From an uncultured virus (IMG/VR IMGVR_UViG_2822507784_000003) (Duplodnaviria > Heunggongvirae > Uroviricota > Caudoviricetes), in IMG/VR virus record IMGVR_UViG_2822507784_000003, positions 1-64,000 of that record: DNA of 64,000 bases, one strand, 5' to 3'. The notes beneath the pieces were generated by a model that worked only from the letters and a program-made list of their open reading frames with translations, did no database searches and was not told where the DNA came from. Of the stretch, positions 9,121 through 19,062 are shown piece after piece (within the stretch, counting starts at the first letter, position 1; each line of letters begins with the position of its first letter). A program made the position numbers and the translations under genes.

Positions 9121-9810
9121 TCAATATTTTTGATTGAATTTTAAATAAAGTGAAATATAACTATTAACAAATTCTTGGACATCCTGCTTCAATTTTTTAA
9201 TATTTTTAAAATCATCTTCAGTAATGTTAATATCTTCTATAATTTTATTTCCCATATCTGTCAATAGTACTCTATATTGTGTCGCTAGTGTATTCATTTC
9301 AGTTAGTAGATGATCAAATTCATCCTTATGTTCAATTGGACAAATCCCACGATCTATTACAGAACGTTCTTTAATTAAATCTAAATTTGTTTTTATATGG
9401 TTAAAATGCATATCCATTTTTTGTTTTTTGTCTAATTCTTTTGCCTGTTTTTGTAAGATTTTTTGTTTTTCATCTAATTCATCGATTTTTTCTTGAGCGA
9501 CAGTAGTAATAGATTGAGATTGATCAATAATTGTAGCGGCTTGGTTTATTTTTTCTTGGGCCTGTTTATTTAGATATGTAACATATGCGAAAGCTCCTGT
9601 TATAATTAGAGCAGCCAGACCGGATACAATTGCAATGGGTTGCCACATGTTAGCTATTGAATCATTTAAAAATGATATTTGGTGATCTTGCATAGATATT
9701 ACTTTATCTTGTAATTCCTTCACAGTTTCTAGAGATTCAACTTTTGTTTGTAACTTGTCTAGTGATTCTTTAATTTGTTCGTTAGATATTGTAAATAAAG
9801 TAAGTTTCAT
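9121..9810 (-). CDS. Coiled-coil protein with single TM segment
   Basis: Heptad-rich; TM around residues 58-80; RBS AAGGGG. Confidence 0.7.
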   Translation of the reverse strand: MKLTLFTISNEQIKESLDKLQTKVESLETVKELQDKVISMQDHQISFLNDSIANMWQPIAIVSGLAALIITGAFAYVTYLNKQAQEKINQAATIIDQSQSITTVAQEKIDELDEKQKILQKQAKELDKKQKMDMHFNHIKTNLDLIKERSVIDRGICPIEHKDEFDHLLTEMNTLATQYRVLLTDMGNKIIEDINITEDDFKNIKKLKQDVQEFVNSYISLYLKFNQKY

Positions 9811-9869
9811 TGTTTAATCCCCTTTTGTATATTAATTCATAAATAAAAGCACTCATTCGAGTGCCTATT

Positions 9870-10214
9870 TTACGCAGATACAGCAGCTTTATCTTTACGG
9901 AAGATACCCATTAATCCGCCGATTAATAATAATACTCCTGGTAATAAGTAAATCAGAGAAATACAAATAAATCCGCCGATAGCAGCAATAGTCATCATGA
10001 TACCGCCAGCTTTCGCTTTACTTCTTACCATAACAGATCCAACGATTCCTAAGATTGATAGGCCTACAGCACCCCATCCTAACCCGATAATCGTATTTGC
10101 ACCATCAGCTTCGAAAGCTGCTCCCATACCACCGATTAATAGTGCAACAAATGCACAAATAATACCAAAAATCCCACCAATAAGTCCTAATACAAATTCA
10201 GCTGTTCGTTTCAT
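9870..10214 (-). CDS. DUF4064-like membrane protein
   Basis: MKRTAEFVLGLIGGIFG N-terminus. Confidence 0.8.
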   Translation of the reverse strand: MKRTAEFVLGLIGGIFGIICAFVALLIGGMGAAFEADGANTIIGLGWGAVGLSILGIVGSVMVRSKAKAGGIMMTIAAIGGFICISLIYLLPGVLLLIGGLMGIFRKDKAAVSA

Positions 10215-10230
10215 TAATTAATTTCTCCTT

Positions 10231-10761
10231 TTATTTAGCAGGTGTAAATTCAAATTTTACGGATTTTTCATCAAACGTAAAATTCGGTTTATATGTACCT
10301 GTATATTTATCTGATTCAGCTACATCGAAGTACATTTTCCCTGTAATTTGATTACCTGGACCAACATTTTCATTCATAAATGCATTTTCTGCACCGAAAT
10401 ATTCTTTGAATTGGTTACCACCAGCATCAGCAATTTTCAATTCTTCTGTTCCAATATAAGCGTCTTTCTTCCCGTTGTTTTTCGCAGAGAAAGTAATTTC
10501 TAGAACTTTTCCTTTTTCAGCTTTTGAATACTCATTAGCTTCTACAAATTGAGCAGAATTAAAAGTTAGTTGTAAACCATTAATTTCTACTGTATCCCCG
10601 ATTTTATAAACTTTGTTTTCAGTAGATGCTTTTTTGTCCTTTTTTTCCTCTTGTTTAGGAGCGTCGTTTTTACTTACTTCCTTAACCTCAGTCTCACCAC
10701 AAGCAGCTAAGCTAAAAGCAAGTGCTCCTGTTAAAGCGATTGTACCCAATTTCTTATACAT
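10231..10761 (-). CDS. DUF4352-like lipoprotein
   Basis: Lipobox LAAC; YKIGDTV..GLQLT..KN.GK..G.QITGK.YFDV. Confidence 0.8.
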   Translation of the reverse strand: MYKKLGTIALTGALAFSLAACGETEVKEVSKNDAPKQEEKKDKKASTENKVYKIGDTVEINGLQLTFNSAQFVEANEYSKAEKGKVLEITFSAKNNGKKDAYIGTEELKIADAGGNQFKEYFGAENAFMNENVGPGNQITGKMYFDVAESDKYTGTYKPNFTFDEKSVKFEFTPAK

Positions 10762-10781
10762 TATGTTTCCTCCAGTTATGT

Positions 10782-10856
10782 AAAATGTAAGATTTCCGAA
10801 ACTATCATAACAGAAACGGTTACAACTATTTTGTCATATTCTGTCGAACGAAAATA
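10782..10856 (-). promoter_or_regulatory. R2 promoter copy D
   Basis: TGTCGAA at 10842-10848; minus strand TTCGACA-GAA-TATGACA-22bp-TATGAT, TG extension. Confidence 0.75.
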
Positions 10857-10905
10857 AAAAAAGAGAGCCGTAGCCCTCTCTTTAGTAAAAAACACTAAGT
10901 TTTTA

Positions 10906-11424
10906 TTATATTTTTTTTGCCCATTTATCAGATATAAAATCTAAAATTTCTTGTTTAGAAATTTCACCATCAGTATAGACATGAATGGCATCCCCTACAT
11001 CTATATTAATTAGTTGGTTAATAAAATCATATAGAGTATCCATAGTAGGAAGGATGTCAAAAGAAACTCCTAGATCCGAGAATGTTTTATATGTTTGATA
11101 TCTTTCCTGCTCCATATCCAACAGAACGGAAGTTAGTTCTAATTTTTCAGCTGGAGAAATATCATCTGCCAGATCATGTTTGATGTGAATTAGTCGTTCT
11201 GTAAACTCTTCTTTGGTTTCTGAACCTTCACAGTAAGGTGTAACATTTTCTAAGTATAAATCTTTAAAGACATCTTTTAATAACACATTGACAGCATTTT
11301 CAACTTCTAACATAGTGAAAATTTCATAAATACCATCTAATCCAGCATTGGAAATTGGCTTTAATCCTTGAATTATTGATGTTTCTAAATCTAGTAGTTT
11401 TGTTACTAAATCAACCTTCTTCAA
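10906..11424 (-). CDS. Hypothetical acidic protein
   Basis: TTG start with RBS AGGAGG; 172 aa. Confidence 0.65.
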   Translation of the reverse strand: MKKVDLVTKLLDLETSIIQGLKPISNAGLDGIYEIFTMLEVENAVNVLLKDVFKDLYLENVTPYCEGSETKEEFTERLIHIKHDLADDISPAEKLELTSVLLDMEQERYQTYKTFSDLGVSFDILPTMDTLYDFINQLINIDVGDAIHVYTDGEISKQEILDFISDKWAKKI

Positions 11425-11568
11425 TTTAATCCCTCCTGTTTCCTTGTTCTAAACAATTATATAACGAGGCAAACCCAGTAGATAGTTAAATAAATCCTTC
11501 AATTTATTTAATTTAGGAATCCTCTGCTAGTAAACCTTGCTTTGTTTTATATTAAAAAAAATTTGAAA

Positions 11569-12918
11569 TTAGAATATGTTTTTATAAATCTCTTCAACAT
11601 TTATGTCAGGCATTAATTTCTTAGCAGTTGTCAGCAAGGTTCTATTCTTACTTCCATTCCATCCACCATAGCATTGTGGATTACTGTTCACTTCTTCCAA
11701 TAAAATTTTGAACTGTTCTTTATTAAATTCCTCATAAAAAGGTTTAATACAAACATTAAAAGAATGATCTGAATTAACATAAGATCCACTATGGTAATAC
11801 TGACTAATCATTAAATCGTAGAATTCACTCATCATGCCTTCTTTTCTTGCTAATTTGTTTAAAAGCTCTACATCTTCACGTCGTAGGTAGTAAAGGTGTA
11901 CATAGGGCTGGTTATAAGCAGTACCAGAACCATGAATTTTAGAATCAATTGCTTTAAAGTGATCTTTTAAAGACTCGGAAATGAAAATACTTCTAATAAA
12001 CCATTTACTTTTTTTACTAGCACAATTTTTCAATATTTCTTTTGTATGATCTCTAAATAAAGGATATATTTCCGGATATAGTGATAGAAAATCAAGCAAC
12101 TTATCTAAAACGATATCATTCTCCAAAAAGTCACTAAAATAATCAGGGTTCTTCCCTATATAGTCTAGTAAAATGCTATTGTACTTCTTATAGATAATTA
12201 ACAATACCTTGCAATTAATACTTCTATTTGCTGCTTCTCGTTCTCCTTTACTTTTAAAAACAAATTTCCAAAGATTTTTAAATATATGTTCAGCTAATTC
12301 TTTATTAAAATGGACAAAAAATTTAGATTCCAAATATTTTTCTAATCGTTCTTGGGTTGGTAAATCATGTTGTATTCGTTCTATTTCTAAAATAAATGGA
12401 ACGAAAATATCTTTTGTAAAAAGTGGATGTTTAGTTAATAATCCTTCTAACATATTTCTTATAAGTGATTCTGCCGTTGCTTTATTCGGTCTATGCAAAA
12501 TATCCAGTGAATTTAATACAGGATGAGCACATAAATTTCGGCAATTTTTCAGCATTTTAATTTGAGTGTAAACATCATTTTCTAATAATTTCGCTTCTTT
12601 AAACGCCTTGTCAATTAATTGATTTTCCCAATCAGAGGAGACCGGATTGGTAGCTTGTTCAACCTGTAAGTCATTTAATATTTTTTCCGCTTTAGCATCT
12701 CCATGAATTTCTTCTAAATCTTTTAATTTGAAAAATAAGTCACAAATAACTACTGTGCATAGCATTACAACAGAAGATCTGTAATTACCATTTTCAAATG
12801 TATTTAGTACCTCTTCAAAGTATTCTTTGGTTTTTTGATGATGGATCTTGTTTGCTAGTGCTCGAATTGTATCTTCTTCTGAATGTACTACTTCTTTTGC
12901 TACATCTAATGCGGTCAA
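11569..12918 (-). CDS. Protein with N-terminal HEPN-like (R-x4-H) domain; defence candidate
   Basis: NYRSSVVML..CDL and RNLCAHP motifs followed by a helical region. Confidence 0.5.
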   Translation of the reverse strand: MTALDVAKEVVHSEEDTIRALANKIHHQKTKEYFEEVLNTFENGNYRSSVVMLCTVVICDLFFKLKDLEEIHGDAKAEKILNDLQVEQATNPVSSDWENQLIDKAFKEAKLLENDVYTQIKMLKNCRNLCAHPVLNSLDILHRPNKATAESLIRNMLEGLLTKHPLFTKDIFVPFILEIERIQHDLPTQERLEKYLESKFFVHFNKELAEHIFKNLWKFVFKSKGEREAANRSINCKVLLIIYKKYNSILLDYIGKNPDYFSDFLENDIVLDKLLDFLSLYPEIYPLFRDHTKEILKNCASKKSKWFIRSIFISESLKDHFKAIDSKIHGSGTAYNQPYVHLYYLRREDVELLNKLARKEGMMSEFYDLMISQYYHSGSYVNSDHSFNVCIKPFYEEFNKEQFKILLEEVNSNPQCYGGWNGSKNRTLLTTAKKLMPDINVEEIYKNIF

Positions 12919-13012
12919 TATATTTTCCTCCTCTGCAATTATAAATATCTATTATACTATGTAATTACTAGGATTTCGCCCTATTAGAGTGTTAGAAATC
13001 CACGCTTGTAAC

Positions 13013-13942
13013 TTATTTAACACCAGACCCCTCTAACCAATCCATTGCATTTGCCGGATATTTTTCGTCTTTGAAAAATTGTACGTCTTCCTCCGTTAAT
13101 ACATACAAAGCATTTTCTACTAATCTATTACTAAATTGTTTTTTTGCAAATTGATGATAAAATTTCATAGTGTCGTATGTTTCTACGGAATGTACAATTT
13201 CTACCTTGTCTCCATATTCTTCTTTTAAACGATAAATTTTACTTTTTAAATCGATTGAGGTTGTATATGTAAATTTATAATATCCAGATGGGTACAAACG
13301 AATTAGAATAACAAATCCGCTTTTAGGTTGTCCCGCTTTCTCTTTTTTGATTTGACGTTCTTTATATATATTTTCTTGATGTTCTTTCTCTGATTGTAGC
13401 TTTTCTTCTCGACGTTCATTGTAATTATCTATCCACTCTTGATCTACTTGATTCACAAAATGCAAAATCTCATTTGCGAGTTTTCTCATATCTTCTTTTT
13501 CCCACATCCAATCACCATAGTGACCATTCGTGCCTTTGGCCACTCCTATGCCGCCATTAGAAAAGGGTAAAAGAGTAACTTGTCCCTTATGTTGATAGTA
13601 AGGATCGTATCTAAAATGTTTATGATTCTCAATCGATTCAGTTATTTTTTCATTAATAGACATGTTATCCCACTCTATGCCGGATAAAAATTGGCGCAAT
13701 GCTACTACATCTACTTTTTCATTTTTAGCAAGTTTAATAATTTTTTTACTTACAAGTGTAGATAAAATATTTGTGATATCATCTACAGTTTTACCTGTCA
13801 TCTCTGCAACTTCATTTAAATTGTGATTATCACGAAAAATGTGAGAATGATTTAAATACGCATTCAATACAATATATTCTTCAATAGTAATGCCGGCTTT
13901 AATATAATATTTAGTTAATAAAGATGCTGTTTCTTGTGGCAT
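13013..13942 (-). CDS. N-terminal wHTH (DnaD-N-like) plus C-terminal T5orf172/GIY-YIG-like domain
   Basis: GITIEEYIVL..EVAEMTGKT; GFVILIR..GYYKF.YT..L..K..RL..EIVHS. Confidence 0.5.
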   Translation of the reverse strand: MPQETASLLTKYYIKAGITIEEYIVLNAYLNHSHIFRDNHNLNEVAEMTGKTVDDITNILSTLVSKKIIKLAKNEKVDVVALRQFLSGIEWDNMSINEKITESIENHKHFRYDPYYQHKGQVTLLPFSNGGIGVAKGTNGHYGDWMWEKEDMRKLANEILHFVNQVDQEWIDNYNERREEKLQSEKEHQENIYKERQIKKEKAGQPKSGFVILIRLYPSGYYKFTYTTSIDLKSKIYRLKEEYGDKVEIVHSVETYDTMKFYHQFAKKQFSNRLVENALYVLTEEDVQFFKDEKYPANAMDWLEGSGVK

Positions 13943-13979
13943 GAAAATTCCTCCTTAATTTTAATAGTGTTTATATTTC

Positions 13980-14564
13980 TTATACTTCTAAGATCTGTTC
14001 CTTTATAAATTCGATAATTTCGGCTAATAATCTGTCTTCTAAAACATACCAATCAAACTCATCTCTAAAGTGACCATACATCTCTAATATATGTTTGTGG
14101 ACTCCAGGAGCGTTATGCACATATATAAACGAATCTACCAATTCAATTGGTACTTCTGACTCTTTTTCGATGTTATCAAGTCTAATATCTAATTGTTCTT
14201 GAATTTTTTCTAATTTATTTTCATCACGAAACACGCGAACACGATGACCACCAAATTTAAATTTATAACAAGATTCATCTGTTTTTTTTATAATGAACAT
14301 GTACGTTGGTTTAAATTCTCGTTTTTTTTTAACTTGTTCTGCTATATCTTCTTTCATTGATTCATAATATTCATGTCGTTCTTTTATAAGCTGCTTGTTA
14401 TACTCAATAATTTCAGTATCTGACACATTTTCATAAAAATCTAAGATTGAACACATTACGCTATATGCTGTTTCTCTATCCATTATTGTTCCATGGTTAT
14501 CTGCAATGACTTTTTTTTCGTCTTCTGTATTCCACACAGTCCAACTAGTATATGAACTTAACAT
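13980..14564 (-). CDS. T5orf172/GIY-YIG-like protein
   Basis: YMFIIK..YKFKFG..RL..PIELV..H..Y..R..DWY.L; RBS GGAGG supports start at 14564. Confidence 0.5.
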   Translation of the reverse strand: MLSSYTSWTVWNTEDEKKVIADNHGTIMDRETAYSVMCSILDFYENVSDTEIIEYNKQLIKERHEYYESMKEDIAEQVKKKREFKPTYMFIIKKTDESCYKFKFGGHRVRVFRDENKLEKIQEQLDIRLDNIEKESEVPIELVDSFIYVHNAPGVHKHILEMYGHFRDEFDWYVLEDRLLAEIIEFIKEQILEV

Positions 14565-14629
14565 AATACTACCTCCATTTTGTAGACGTACCATTTAATT
14601 AGTCACGTTTATATTTTTTTACATTTCCT

Positions 14630-14839
14630 CTAAACATTTATAATCTTCTTTCTTGTAATCGTATTGAATAGGGAAACAATTATACAAAGATAAATAAAGG
14701 AATCAAAAACGATTTTGACCTTATTACCAGATTGGAACCCAAGTATCTTTTGATACCATTTGAGTTCATTTTTATGTATCTCAATATCTGTATAGCTTTT
14801 AATCAAGCTTTCTATATCTTTTCCAGACCCATTCGGAAT
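14630..14839 (-). pseudogene. Gene remnant behind an R2 promoter with no proper RBS/start
   Basis: Listed ORF 14630..14857 begins inside the R2 leader; the RBS/ATG part of the module is missing. Confidence 0.4.
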
Positions 14840-14912
14840 AAATGTAAGATTTCTCAACCAAGCATAACAAATCCAGTTACAACTATTTTGGCATATTTTG
14901 TCGAATGAAAAT
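14840..14912 (-). promoter_or_regulatory. R2 promoter copy E
   Basis: TGTCGAA at 14899-14905; TATGCCA-22bp-TATGCT. Confidence 0.7.
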
Positions 14913-14979
14913 AAAAAAGAGAGCCGAAGCCCTTATTAATGTCATTTTGTCACTACACTGCATTTATTAGGTATGATTA

Positions 14980-15895
<916 letters not shown>

Positions 15896-16090
15896 AGTTT
15901 CTATAATAAAAAGTATTAGAACCAAAAATCTATGAAATTAATAATACTACGACCACCGGCAATAGCTCTTGAGCAAACTACTCAAGATGCGGTAGAGTAC
16001 TCTCTTTTGACCTCCAAACATCCAATGTTTCTGTTATTTATACTGTATACCATATACAAAGTTAGTTAACATAATGTATCAAATTATCAG

Positions 16091-16257
16091 TAGCAAAGAA
16101 AAAGGGGAATCCTTACTCTCAGAAGGAATCCCCTTTTTTATTTTCTATAATGCTATTCATCTTTTTATACATTCCTATCCTGACGCGGTTTTAGGGTTTT
16201 CGTTTGTTACTGGATTAGCCAAAAAGCTGTATAAAATCTCGCATACTCTTAGCTTGG
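16091..16257. repeat. R3 non-coding element copy 2
   Basis: Homologous to 4824-4988; includes hairpin GGGGAATCCTT..AAGGAATCCCC. Confidence 0.8.
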
Positions 16258-16287
16258 TAAATCTGCATTTTCATAATTCTACTCCAT

Positions 16288-16403
16288 AAAAAAAGACACC
16301 CAAAGGTGCCTTCCGACTTGAACCACTTTAATTTTAATAATATGTATTGGACTCCCATCCAACATTATTTTACCATGTTAAAATGTTCTGTTCATTGAGA
16401 AAT
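16288..16403 (-). repeat. R1 copy 9 (full)
   Basis: Minus strand: TGGTAAAAT..TTGGATGGGAGTCCAATACATATTATTAAAATTAAAGTGGTTCAAGTCGGAAGGCACCTTTGGGTGTCTTTTTTT. Confidence 0.9.
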
Positions 16404-16486
16404 ACGGTTCAAATCTATATTTTATTTAAAAACGTCCATTTAATTTAATGTGTATGTGTTAGGATTTCTAGATAAAAATTAATAGA

Positions 16487-17761
16487 TTACAGATAGTCCA
16501 AATATAGTATCCACCTTATTAGCAAGAGCATTAGAACAGAAAGTAGAGCACTAAATTTAAAATTATGCGTTCTATCACTAAAGAGCAGAAATGAGAATAA
16601 AAATATTAGCACATGGTTAAAGAGTTGTCCTAGAGTCATAGCTTGCTTGGGTATGTAAATTTTACTTACAAAAAGGTTGATAGGTAGCATAAGTATTATG
16701 ATATAAGGAAGAGCTTGACCAATCCAGCCTAGATAAGTTATTACTTTTCCTTTTAACAGACCTTTGCCTTGGTAGTCTCGAAAAGTTCCATCTGTAAGTG
16801 CAATTAGGAGTGGTTTTTTCCCTGCTTTTGCCTCGTGCGGCAGATCCTTGTAGAAACTCAATAGAGAATGTCTGCCAACAAAATTTTTAGAGCCATTAAT
16901 ATATATATCGTTCCCAATATGTTTACCAAACTGGCCTATATTATCAAAGGCATTTATAAAATTTTTCACCCTGTAGTCTTTACTATTGCTATATTGCTCA
17001 TTTGTAATAGCTTTCTGTATATGTAAAAGGAAATTCCTTTTAAACCCAGGGGCATTGAAAGTGACTGTTTCACTTAACTTCATTTTCGTTCCTTTAACAG
17101 AATAACCAGTTATTTTCTGGTCATAAATATCGAGAGTAATTCTTTGTGCTATATATCCCCCTAGTGAATGTCCTGTTAATATTACTTTGATAGGACCTGT
17201 TATCTTCTCATCTTGAACTTTATCGTATACTGACTTTAAAAAATCTTTCGCCAGATTCGTTTGTGTATGGATGTCGGTTTGTAATAATACAGATGCAAAA
17301 TCATACGAAATAGAACTTAAGTCATCAGTGCCTCTAAAGGAGATAACAATATTGTTATTTTTTTTATAAGCTACTGCCCAAAACCCCATTGTTTTCCAAA
17401 AAGATCCTTTATCACCCTTTGCAAGATAGATACTCCATCCTTCTAAGCCAGAAAGAAAGTTCTTTATATAGTTATTTTTCCAAATTATTGTCTCTAATTC
17501 ACGAGAAAATTTTTTAAACCCTGGATCCTTTTTTATATCAGGATTGGTAAGGGTTAACTTAATAGATCCTTTATTGAAGTAAGCAGGGTCACTTAGATTT
17601 AAATAGGACAAGTGACAAAATTTTAATAAGCGAAAATATTGAGGTAATTGCGAGCTATTAAGTTTTTTAGATGATGGTTTATGTAATTTAATCATTGTGC
17701 TAATTATCACTATTATAAAAATTACTGTGATTACTAATAAAAATTTAACAAGTAGATTCAT
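16487..17761 (-). CDS. Membrane-bound alpha/beta hydrolase (lipase class 3/DUF2974-like)
   Basis: ISFRGTD, GHSLGG nucleophile elbow, TFNAPG; N- and C-terminal TM segments. Confidence 0.85.
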   Translation of the reverse strand: MNLLVKFLLVITVIFIIVIISTMIKLHKPSSKKLNSSQLPQYFRLLKFCHLSYLNLSDPAYFNKGSIKLTLTNPDIKKDPGFKKFSRELETIIWKNNYIKNFLSGLEGWSIYLAKGDKGSFWKTMGFWAVAYKKNNNIVISFRGTDDLSSISYDFASVLLQTDIHTQTNLAKDFLKSVYDKVQDEKITGPIKVILTGHSLGGYIAQRITLDIYDQKITGYSVKGTKMKLSETVTFNAPGFKRNFLLHIQKAITNEQYSNSKDYRVKNFINAFDNIGQFGKHIGNDIYINGSKNFVGRHSLLSFYKDLPHEAKAGKKPLLIALTDGTFRDYQGKGLLKGKVITYLGWIGQALPYIIILMLPINLFVSKIYIPKQAMTLGQLFNHVLIFLFSFLLFSDRTHNFKFSALLSVLMLLLIRWILYLDYL

Positions 17762-17805
17762 ATAATGCCCCCACATGTTAAGGATATTAATAGTTTTTTA
17801 TGCAT
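17758..17805 (-). other. 15-aa leader ORF (lipoprotein signal-peptide remnant) overlapping the lipase start
   Basis: GGAGG RBS, then MHKKLLISLTCGGII*; its TGA overlaps the lipase ATG (ATGA). Confidence 0.6.
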
Positions 17806-17827
17806 TGTTATGTGTCCTCCTGTATCG

Positions 17828-17897
17828 AAATGTAAGATTTCCTGAAATATCATAACAGACTTAGTTACAATTATTTTGTCAAATTATGTCGAGAAAA
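17828..17897 (-). promoter_or_regulatory. R2 promoter copy F
   Basis: Minus strand CTCGACA-TAA-TTTGACA-22bp-TATGAT. Confidence 0.75.
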
Positions 17898-17899
17898 AT

Positions 17900-18014
17900 A
17901 AAAAAGACACCCAAAGGTGCCTTCCAACTTGAACCACTTTAATTTTAATAATATGTATTGGACTCCCATCCAAATATTATTTTACCGTGTTAAGTTATAT
18001 TGGTGATTGAGAAA
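17900..18014 (-). repeat. R1 copy 10 (full)
   Basis: Near-identical to 16288-16403. Confidence 0.9.
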
Positions 18015-18026
18015 TATGAATCGAAT

Positions 18027-18539
18027 CTATTGTTTTACTTTTAAGCTCTTTTCGTATTCTTTAGCTTCATCAACATTTTTAAATGTTTTTAAATCGAATA
18101 TCTTTTCTCCATCAATACATACAACTAATACTCCATCTTGAGCTTGAAGAACACTACCTACATTACCTTTTCCGAGTGAAATACTGAAGGGATTCTCTAC
18201 ATTTAATGATTTCTTTTTAGCAAGATAATCTTTAAATGGCATACCAATGGATAGTTCGTCTTTTAAGCCTTTAATAGTGTTACCAGAAGTAGTTGTTGGT
18301 TGTTCCTTTTTTGTAGCCTCTTCTTGCTGTTTGCGTTGCTTTTCAGCCGTCTCTTGTTCTGCTTTCTCCTTTTTCACAGTCCCTTTTTCTTCAGCTTTCT
18401 TCGCTTTCTCAGCTTCCTTTTGTGCTTCTTGCTCAGCTTTAGATTCTTTGGAAGTACTTGCTGTCTCGTTAGATGAACATGCTGCTAATCCCATAAATAA
18501 AGCGAAACAAGTAAGTGTTGTTAATAGTTTTTTGTTCAT
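18027..18539 (-). CDS. Lipoprotein; C-terminal domain shared with 5075..5647
   Basis: Lipobox LAAC; charged stalk; paralogous head domain. Confidence 0.85.
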   Translation of the reverse strand: MNKKLLTTLTCFALFMGLAACSSNETASTSKESKAEQEAQKEAEKAKKAEEKGTVKKEKAEQETAEKQRKQQEEATKKEQPTTTSGNTIKGLKDELSIGMPFKDYLAKKKSLNVENPFSISLGKGNVGSVLQAQDGVLVVCIDGEKIFDLKTFKNVDEAKEYEKSLKVKQ

Positions 18540-18560
18540 AGTATGTATCCCCCAGCGTTT

Positions 18561-18635
18561 AAAATGTAAGATTTACCTGAACTATCATAACAAATATAAT
18601 CACAACTATTTTGTCATATTATGTCGAAATGAAAT
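18561..18635 (-). promoter_or_regulatory. R2 promoter copy G
   Basis: TGTCGAA at 18622-18628; TATGACA-22bp-TATGAT. Confidence 0.75.
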
Positions 18636-18672
18636 AAAAAAAAACACCCTAAGGTGCCTTCCTCCGACTTGA
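18636..18672 (-). repeat. R1 copy 11 (terminator part)
   Basis: AAAAAAACACCCTAAGGTGCCTTCCTCCGACTTGA. Confidence 0.8.
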
Positions 18673-18726
18673 TAGTAATGTTATATATCCTTCTTTTCGC
18701 TTGAGTTTCACAAGCTCGTCAGTAGG

Positions 18727-18921
18727 TTAAGACCTATAAGAAGGAAAGGCTGACTTAAATGTGATGATGCTTGCACTAGTAGAGTATGTTGAAATTAAAA
18801 AGTTATTAATTTTTGTCATAGGCTTCACTCCTTTAAAATCACAAATAATACAAAAAGTTTGAAATGAAATGATTAATAAGCCAGTCATCATCAGCAATGG
18901 TAAGCCAATTCCATTGGACAC
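18727..18921 (-). CDS. Small hydrophobic hypothetical protein or remnant
   Basis: Fills the interval between R1 copies 11 and 12; weak start signals. Confidence 0.3.
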   Translation of the reverse strand: MSNGIGLPLLMMTGLLIISFQTFCIICDFKGVKPMTKINNFLISTYSTSASIITFKSAFPSYRS

Positions 18922-18972
18922 ATATGTGTTTCGACAATTCTATTATATCATAATTTTTATTATTTATTCCAT

Positions 18973-19062
18973 AAAAAAAAGACACCCAAAGGTGTCTTCT
19001 TTCGACTTGAACCATCTTAATTTTAATAATATGTATTGGACGCCAATCCAAATATTATTTTA
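18973..19062 (-). repeat. R1 copy 12 (full core)
   Basis: AAAAAAAAGACACCCAAAGGTGTCTTCTTTCGACTTGAACCATCTTAATTTTAATAATATGTATTGGACGCCAATCCAAATATTATTTTA; abuts the stop codon of 19063..19734. Confidence 0.9.
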
